The position numbers were made by a program, and so were the translations under genes. A stretch of 63,972 nt of DNA, counting the filler, from Craspedostauros australis (Eukaryota): assembly GCA_030167865.1 (NCBI GenBank). It is 9 parts of 9 records of this genome, joined end to end, with 100 filler letters (N's around TTAATTAATTAA, not from the genome) between each part and the next. Parts side by side here need not be neighbours in the genome. Positions count along the whole stretch, not along the records: positions 55,017 to 59,500 come from JALAGF010006385.1; positions 59,601 to 62,541 come from JALAGF010006386.1; positions 62,642 to 63,972 come from JALAGF010006415.1; 6 more parts are not named here. One strand, 5' to 3'. Shown in pieces: positions 57,444-63,972 of this stretch (position 1 is its first letter; each line of letters starts with the position of its first letter). The notes beneath the pieces were generated by a model. It was not told where the DNA came from. It made no database searches and saw nothing but the letters and a program-made list of their open reading frames with translations.

Positions 57444-58639
57444 TAGCAGCGAGAGAGCATCTCACGTACTGACTCATTGTCGGAGACCCAATCTACAAAA
57501 CAGACAGACGTGCCAAGAGCATCTGTTGGAAATCCGGGGTACCCCAGTCTCTAGTAGTAGTCTCTGGTTACCTATTCCTGTTATTGCATTGTTGGAACTG
57601 TGAGTACANNNNNNNNNNNNNNNNNNNNNNNNNNNNNNNNNNNNNNNNNNNNNNNNNGTAGCACACAGTCTTGCCCTTGCTCATGCAGTGCTGTCCTCCT
57701 GCTTCATCATGTCATGCAGCATGTACTCCATGTACATCTCATCTTGCAGTACTGGTTCATCTCATCATGCATCTCATCATGCATCTCAGATATTCCATCT
57801 CCTGCCCTCTACCAATAGTTTTGTTAGCGTAGACATCGCCGAGTCGTAGGCATCACACAGATCAGTTCATTCGATCAGATCACGATTTCCCACTCGTCAC
57901 AGGAGCNNNNNNNNNNNNNNNNNNNNNNNNNNNNNNNNNNNNNNNNNNNNNNNNNNACTCGTCACAGGAGCACCCTGGGTGGGGTCTCTCTCAGCTCCTC
58001 ATCATTCCACATCTCCGATCATCTCCGATCTTCTCCGGTCATTTCTGATGTTTTCTTCGCCGATCACTTCACCGGCTTCCTGGATGTTCCTCATCTCAGG
58101 TTCGTTCACAGGCCATCTCACACTTCGTGATGTTGGCCTTCCTCCAGTACTCTTTTTCATTGGTTGCGACATGGGGGCCGTAGTCGCTNNNNNNNNNNNN
58201 NNNNNNNNNNNNNNNNNNNNNNNNNNNNNNNNNNNNNNNNNNNNNNNNNNNNNNNNNNNNNNNNNNNNNNNNNNNNNNNNNNNNNGGTTCGCATTCGGCA
58301 CGTGGCGTTCTTCACCACAAGACGCGTGTAGCTCACATTTTCTGTCACAAAGATCCACAGGTGGGCGTTGCGGTAATGTAGCATTTAATGACATTCGGCT
58401 CCTGACTCTTGACTTGTTGGGAGGTGCGGTAATGTATCATTACACAATGATCAACTCCGCGCTCTTGGGAGGTGCGGCAATTTGGTGTTTCACAACACCC
58501 GATTCCTGACAAGCATCAGGCAAGAGAACGGACACCAAGAGGATTGGAGTGCCAATGTAATGAAATCGCAAACAAAACGACTATCAACCAACACCATCTT
58601 CCACGATCGCAAGGTATCCGTCCATGGAACTTGCCAACA
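57393..58639 (+). mobile_element. 3' part of a copia family A LTR, interrupted by LTR B copy 2
   Basis: (GA)n tract and GCAGCGAGAGAGCATCTC at 57412-57523; resumes at 58512 with GCAAGAGAACGGACACCAAGAGG...GGAACTTGCCAACA; no internal leader follows. Confidence 0.85.
57524..58511 (-). mobile_element. Solo LTR family B, copy 2, 6-bp TSD AGCATC
   Basis: TGTTGGAAATCCGGGG...CCCGATTCCTGACA; AGCATC at 57518-57523 and 58512-58517, where intact LTR A has it once. Confidence 0.85.
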
Positions 58640-59105
58640 AGAGTAGTCATATGACAGAGTACTTGTGTACGTTGCCATGCTCTTGCCATGCTCTTCTCAT
58701 CCTGTTATCATTCTCATACCATACTAGAGCAATTGTGCATGTCAGTACATACTGATAACATGCACTTGTGACGTATAATACCCTAGAGCAGCACACACTA
58801 GCTCGTGTCACTCGAGGAGACATCATTCATCACCAGGTCGGAGTGGTCAACGAGCTATTGCTCTCTGGATGGCCTTGAACTGCTCCCATCATTGTTCATG
58901 CTTCGTTCCTGTACAACACGCATTTCCATGATCCACCAAAGCAGTGTGTCATCAAGTGTCGCCAAGAGGGCTTTGGTGGATTGCTTGTGTCCTCCCATGC
59001 TGCTCGTGCCTTGGCCACTGGGGAACATGGTCAATGGCGCACGTGTAGCATTTATAAAGTCAGTTTTGCAAATTGCCGCCAGCAAAAGTACAACCACAGA
59101 AGTGG

Positions 59106-59178
59106 GGGCGTTTGGCGCAGTTGGCAGCGCGTATGCTTAGCATGCATAAGGTCGCCGGTTCGATTCCGGCAATGTCCA
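59106..59178 (+). tRNA. tRNA-Ala(AGC)
   Basis: Full cloverleaf: GGGCGTT/AATGTCC acceptor with G3:U70, GCGC/GCGC D stem, TATGC-TTAGCAT-GCATA anticodon arm, GCCGG-TTCGATT-CCGGC T arm, discriminator A, TTTT terminator at 59181. Confidence 0.95.
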
Positions 59179-59859
59179 CCTTTTGCTCGACGACATCGTA
59201 CCCTGTGGAGATGTTGCTGTTGTAGTCCGCTCCGCCAGAACGTACGCTTTGTCCATTGGAGCGATCAGTTCGTATTTGTATGGTACCACAGGTTCCACCC
59301 CATTCATTTTTGGTCCACCTCTCCATCAGACCCATCGTCAATGGCGGCACTCTCTGGCGGCAAGAGCAACAACGAGAAGAGGAGCATCGTCTCATGAGCC
59401 GTCACCTTGTTCGATTGACGCAACAGCGCGCTCTGGAGATCAGAGCTCTTTGAACATCGGTGGAGTCACCTGCTCGCACTATGCCATGGAGGACGAGTAT
59501 NNNNNNNNNNNNNNNNNNNNNNNNNNNNNNNNNNNNNNNNNNNNTTAATTAATTAANNNNNNNNNNNNNNNNNNNNNNNNNNNNNNNNNNNNNNNNNNNN
59601 ATCAAACACATGAGGGCTATCCAAAGAAGTAGGCCCACCATGCGGAGCCAGCAACCAACGCCGAATGCAGGTGAATCACTGGGCGTAGGCAGTATGACAA
59701 GGCACCGCCGCTCGCCCGAAGAAATGGCAACACCAACAGCGAACAGCCACAACTTCAGGAGGAACACGAACCCACGCACAGCCAAGGCAGCTCAACCACC
59801 TAAAATACCCAGAATGACAAGGACGGAAGCAGACCTGGCACAGGTCAGTGCTGCGGAAC

Positions 59860-61020
59860 TCTAACGACATGACAAGGATCACACCAAAGTAAGTGGGCAA
59901 AACTATGCTTGTGGGGATGTGATGGCACACAAATCCACCGAATCAATACGGATCGTGTTCCCGAACGTCTCTCAACTCCCACTTCTTGCATGCCAACTCA
60001 AGAACAAAGTTATCCTGGACTTTATGAAGCGAAGCGAAGCGGATATGCTATGCATGGCCAAGAAAAATGTCGATTGGGACCATGTGCGCGCGGGTGACCA
60101 GTGGCAGGAACGGACCAGGCAAGCATTACCAAGATTGAAGTGTATCTTTGCCTACAACACCCTCATGACAGAATGGGCAACACACAGACCCACAGCAGCA
60201 ATGCCTACAAGGAGAAGGAAACGAAGCCTATTAGTAGAATTAGAAAAAGTATTAGCATCAAGGAAATAGAGGTGGAGAGGGGACAGGTGTGATGCCATAA
60301 GATGATGATGGGTGTTCGACAACAACGCAAACCTCTGTTGCTCAGTTTTGTGAGTTGCGACCAGTCACGCCACTGGCCACTCGTTGGTTTNAGAAACTGT
60401 AGTGTTGGGAGCATTGCCGATACTCCCGGGATCATGCAAACACGAGTCATTCTGGCCAGAAAAACAGCAAAAACTCTACAACTAGTGCTATCGGTTTGCT
60501 GAGTGAGTGAGGTGGAAGGTAAGTGCATTGGCCAACACGCTCGGCAATCAAACCTTCCATGAATTCGAGTGACGTGTTTCTAAAAGGACATGCTACATGA
60601 ACGANNNNNNNNNNNNNNNNNNNNNNNNNNNNNNNNNNNNNNNNNNNNNNNNNNAAAGCGAAGCGAAGCGGATATGCTATGCATGGCCAAGATAAATGTC
60701 AATTGGGACCATGTGCGCGCGGGTGACCAGTGGCAGGAACGGACCAGGCAAGCAATACCAAGATCGAAGCGTATCTTTGCCTACAACACCCGTATGACAG
60801 AATGGGCAACACACAGACCCACAGCAGCAACGCCTACGAGGAGAAGGAAACGAAGCCTATTAGTAGAATTAGAAAAANNNNNNNNNNNNNNNNNNNNNNN
60901 NNNNNNNNNNNNNNNNNNNNNNNNNNNTGGGCAACACACAGACCCACAGCAGCAACGCCTACGAGGAGAAGGAAACGAAGCCTATTAGTAGAATTAGAAA
61001 AAGTATTAGCATCAAGGATA
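59860..61020 (+). pseudogene. Degenerate, duplicated fragments of a non-LTR retrotransposon APE endonuclease N-terminus
   Basis: SIRIVFPNV...EADMLCMAK(K/I)NV(D/N)W...QWQERT...IFAYNT at 59919-60170 and 60655-60800; resembles APE motifs I-II with the catalytic E read as K. Confidence 0.55.
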
Positions 61021-61273
61021 TAGAGGTGGAGAGGGGACAGGTGTGATACCATTAGATGATGATGGGTGTTCGACAACAACGCAAACCTCTGTTGCTCAGT
61101 TTTGTGAGTTGCGACCAGTCACGCCATTGGCCACTCGTTGGTTTTAGAAACTGTAGTGTTGGGAGCATTGCCGATACTCCCGAGATCATCCAAACACGAG
61201 TCATTCTGGCCAGAAAAACAGCAAAAACTCTACAACTAGTGCTATCGGTTTGCCGAGTGAGTGAGGTGGAAGG

Positions 61274-61699
61274 TACTCTCACAAATTCAATCACGGTGCA
61301 GTGAAGTACGAGATCGCCATCTCTGTTTTCTCGTCAAAATGTGTTTGGATCAATGGGCCATTCCCGGGCGGAACGCACGACCGGACAATCTTCCGAACAG
61401 GCCTCAAGCACAAGATTGCAAGCGGCAAGATGGCCATCGCAGACCGCGGGTACCAGACCAGTCGGGCTGACGAACGCAACAAACTATCCTTGCCAAGTGG
61501 CACAGACTCGCGACAACTCGCGAAGTTCAAGAGCCGCGCTCGTTGCCGGCGCGAGAGCTTCAACGGCCGCATCAAGAACTTCAAGACCATGAGCGACACA
61601 TTTCGCCACGGCCACCAATGCCATGTGCACGCATTCGAGGCTGTGTGTGTGATTCTCCAGTACCAAATGGACAACGGAGCAGAGTTGTTTGCTGTGTGA
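61274..61699 (+). mobile_element. PIF/Harbinger (ISL2EU-like) DDE transposase, C-terminal fragment
   Basis: YSHKFNHGAVKYEIA...VWINGPFPGGTHDRTIFR...IADRGY...RARCRRESFNGRIKNF...FRH; 5' part missing. Confidence 0.85.
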
Positions 61700-62141
61700 A
61701 TTCGACATGAGCACAACAACCAATAAATTATCAGTAGTAGATTCGCTATTGTTCACCACAACCACCTTCCGCTTGTGACAAATTCGTTTGCCTCGTGGCA
61801 CTAGTTGGATGTAGCAAGTTGATGTCAAGAGGATCCATTGACGGATTATTTGCGGCGAAACCGATGAAGTGCATTTAATGCACTCCAAATGCATTTAATG
61901 CACTCCAAATGCATTTTTTGCGAAAGGAGACATGTTCTACGGGACTCGATACCACCTCGACAAAAGTGCGAAATGACCATATTTGTCCCATCGACACCGA
62001 TTGATACAATCCAAATGTCAATGATTCAACTCGAGACGTCGCTACGACATTTCTGTGCCCGAGATGTCACGAACAACGACAAAGCACGAAAAATGACAAA
62101 CAGCATTTTTGAGTCGTACTAGTCGTATATCCAAGTAATAA

Positions 62142-62541
62142 ATGCACTTGCCGGGTGTCCCGGATGAAAAATACCAGACCAAAGAGGTCGAAGGAGTCCA
62201 ACTTGTACACTACAAGGACAAGATATATGTACCAACAGAATTGCGCGCAAAAATAGCCGATTGGTACCACTATTACTTAGTACACCCCGGGCAAACCCGG
62301 ATGGAGGCAACCATTAGACAACTGTTCTACTGGCCAGGATTAAAAGCAGACATCGCTGACCGCTGCAAATCNTGTAAGCAATGCCAACTCTCTAAAAAGA
62401 ACCGAAAGAAGTATGGTCACTTACCAGCAAAACAAGCTGAAGTCACCCCATGGGAACGGGTCAACGTCGACCTCATTGGGCCATACACGATCATCACTCC
62501 ATCCAAGAAGAAACACGAGATGAGAGCAATGACCATGATCA
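62142..62541 (+). mobile_element. Ty3/gypsy integrase fragment (HHCC zinc domain and start of core)
   Basis: KIYVP..LRAKIADWYHYYLVHPGQTRMEATIRQLFYWPGL...CKQCQ...KKYGHLP...PWERVNVDLIGPY. Confidence 0.9.
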
Positions 62542-62641
62542 NNNNNNNNNNNNNNNNNNNNNNNNNNNNNNNNNNNNNNNNNNNNTTAATTAATTAANNN
62601 NNNNNNNNNNNNNNNNNNNNNNNNNNNNNNNNNNNNNNNNN

Positions 62642-63972
62642 ACCCACAGGTGTCGCTCTCCTGCATCGTCATCGTCTGAGTACAAGCGCATGCCTGCCGT
62701 CATTACAGCGTTGCGGATGAGCTGTCGTTGCATGATCTCTGCAGTTGCCGTTAGTCGTGGAATCGCATCGTTTCTGAAGTTGATGCCCTGTCTGGTGAAT
62801 TCCACGATCGGCGCGAATACGATGTCGTATGGATAGACGACCTCTTCATTTGGATTGAATCGATCTTCTTCTACCGATCCGTTGCTGCGATCTTCGTTGA
62901 AGATACCCGTTCTGTTGTTCCCCGCTGCTGGAGGAGGCGGCGCCTTGCCGCCATTCATCTCGTCTCCGGAGACNNNNNNNNNNNNNNNNNNNNNNNNNNN
63001 NNNGTTGGTGTTGGCATCTTCTTCACTCATGGCCTCTTCGATGTCGCTATCGATGGCCTCGTTGTCCATCTCAGCTCCATCACCGTATGGACCAATCAGG
63101 TCGTTCGCGTTGAAGCAGCATTCGTAGCTCACTTCACGTCTTGGATCCACCTTGTGGATGATGGACTCCTTGCGGAGCCACTCCGGGACGATCTCATCGT
63201 CCTGCACTTTGTCGTCACTCCCAACGTGCTCGAAGTTATCAAAGAAGGAATCTTCGATGTAGTCATCAGACACCAACATGCAGAGCAGCATGTCCTTTGC
63301 TGAGAGTACCATCTTGTGCCCGCTCTTGTNGTGTCCTTCGTTTGCTGTGTTGGCCTGCTCGTCGGCCTTCTTCTTCTTCTTGTTGAACTTCTTCTTTCGA
63401 CACTCTGCCTCGCGATGTCCGAAGATGCCGCAGTAGTTGCGCTTCCTGTTGAAGACGCTTCCATTGTTCTTGTTGATACGCTTTCCGTTCATTTTGTTGT
63501 TGTTGTTTTTCTTGTTGTTCGATTTCTTACGTTTGGGGCAATCTGCAGATCTATGACCATACACACCACAGTTGTGGCAGGTCCCCTTGAAGTTACCGGT
63601 GCTCGTGAAGCTGGTGTCGTTGCTCTTCATGTTGCTGTCTTGGAAGTTGTCAACGTACGCCTTTCCTCCTTGATGAGTGNNGTGTGCTGTGCGGAGTACT
63701 CCTCTGATCGCGTTGATGGTGACTACATCTGGGTTGAACGTGAGTTGGTGATGAAAGTTCATGACGTGAGTTTTGTATTCGCTGCTCATCATGCTGAGGA
63801 TCTGCATGATCATTTCCTCATTGGTGATCGTGTATCCAACATCGTGGAGACGTGAGCGTAAGATCTCGAGTTGCATGATGTAGACGTCGGGGTCCGTGTC
63901 TCTCTTCATCCTTTTGTTGTTGAATTGACGCTTGAGTTTGATCTTCGTGGCTGCGTCAGATGGCCGGAACTT
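62642..63972 (-). mobile_element. Ty1/copia family A copy 3, internal gag fragment
   Basis: KRDTDPDVYI..LEILRSRLHDVGY, CHNCGVYGHRSADC, NYCGIFGHREAEC and VSYECCFNANDLIG, colinear with copies 1 and 2. Confidence 0.93.

Overview
Eukaryotic draft-assembly sequence, most likely a diatom (inferred from CoDi-type copia RT, diatom-style non-LTR and gypsy fragments, and compact apparently intronless genes). It is not one continuous locus: eight N44-TTAATTAATTAA-N44 spacers join nine separate contigs (1-7939, 8040-13807, 13908-18643, 18744-24686, 24787-30923, 31024-54916, 55017-59500, 59601-62541, 62642-63972). One contig holds a CpG-rich island of eight genes (34.9-53.0 kb): a membrane protein, a TupA-like ATP-grasp, a hypothetical protein, a GT61 glycosyltransferase, Vps45, a calycin-like protein, a TLC/NTT transporter and a 3-hydroxyacyl-CoA dehydrogenase. 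The rest is nested, often CpG-decayed transposon DNA: two Ty1/copia families, two further LTR-like families, gypsy and LINE fragments, piggyBac-like, Sola-like and PIF/Harbinger-like transposases, and a gag-like ORF with an RNase H1 hybrid-binding domain. There is also an intact tRNA-Ala(AGC) and a degenerate tRNA-like element. The most unusual items are: (i) a copia family with a palindrome where the tRNA primer-binding site should be, a 6-bp TSD and a ~360-aa hypervariable insert between Gag and protease; (ii) a piggyBac family whose ends abut ATAN rather than TTAA, one copy carrying a 1.3-kb 8-mer array that records CpG deamination; (iii) an AGTT...AACT-ended insertion family. No searches could be run, so family calls rest on recognised motifs.
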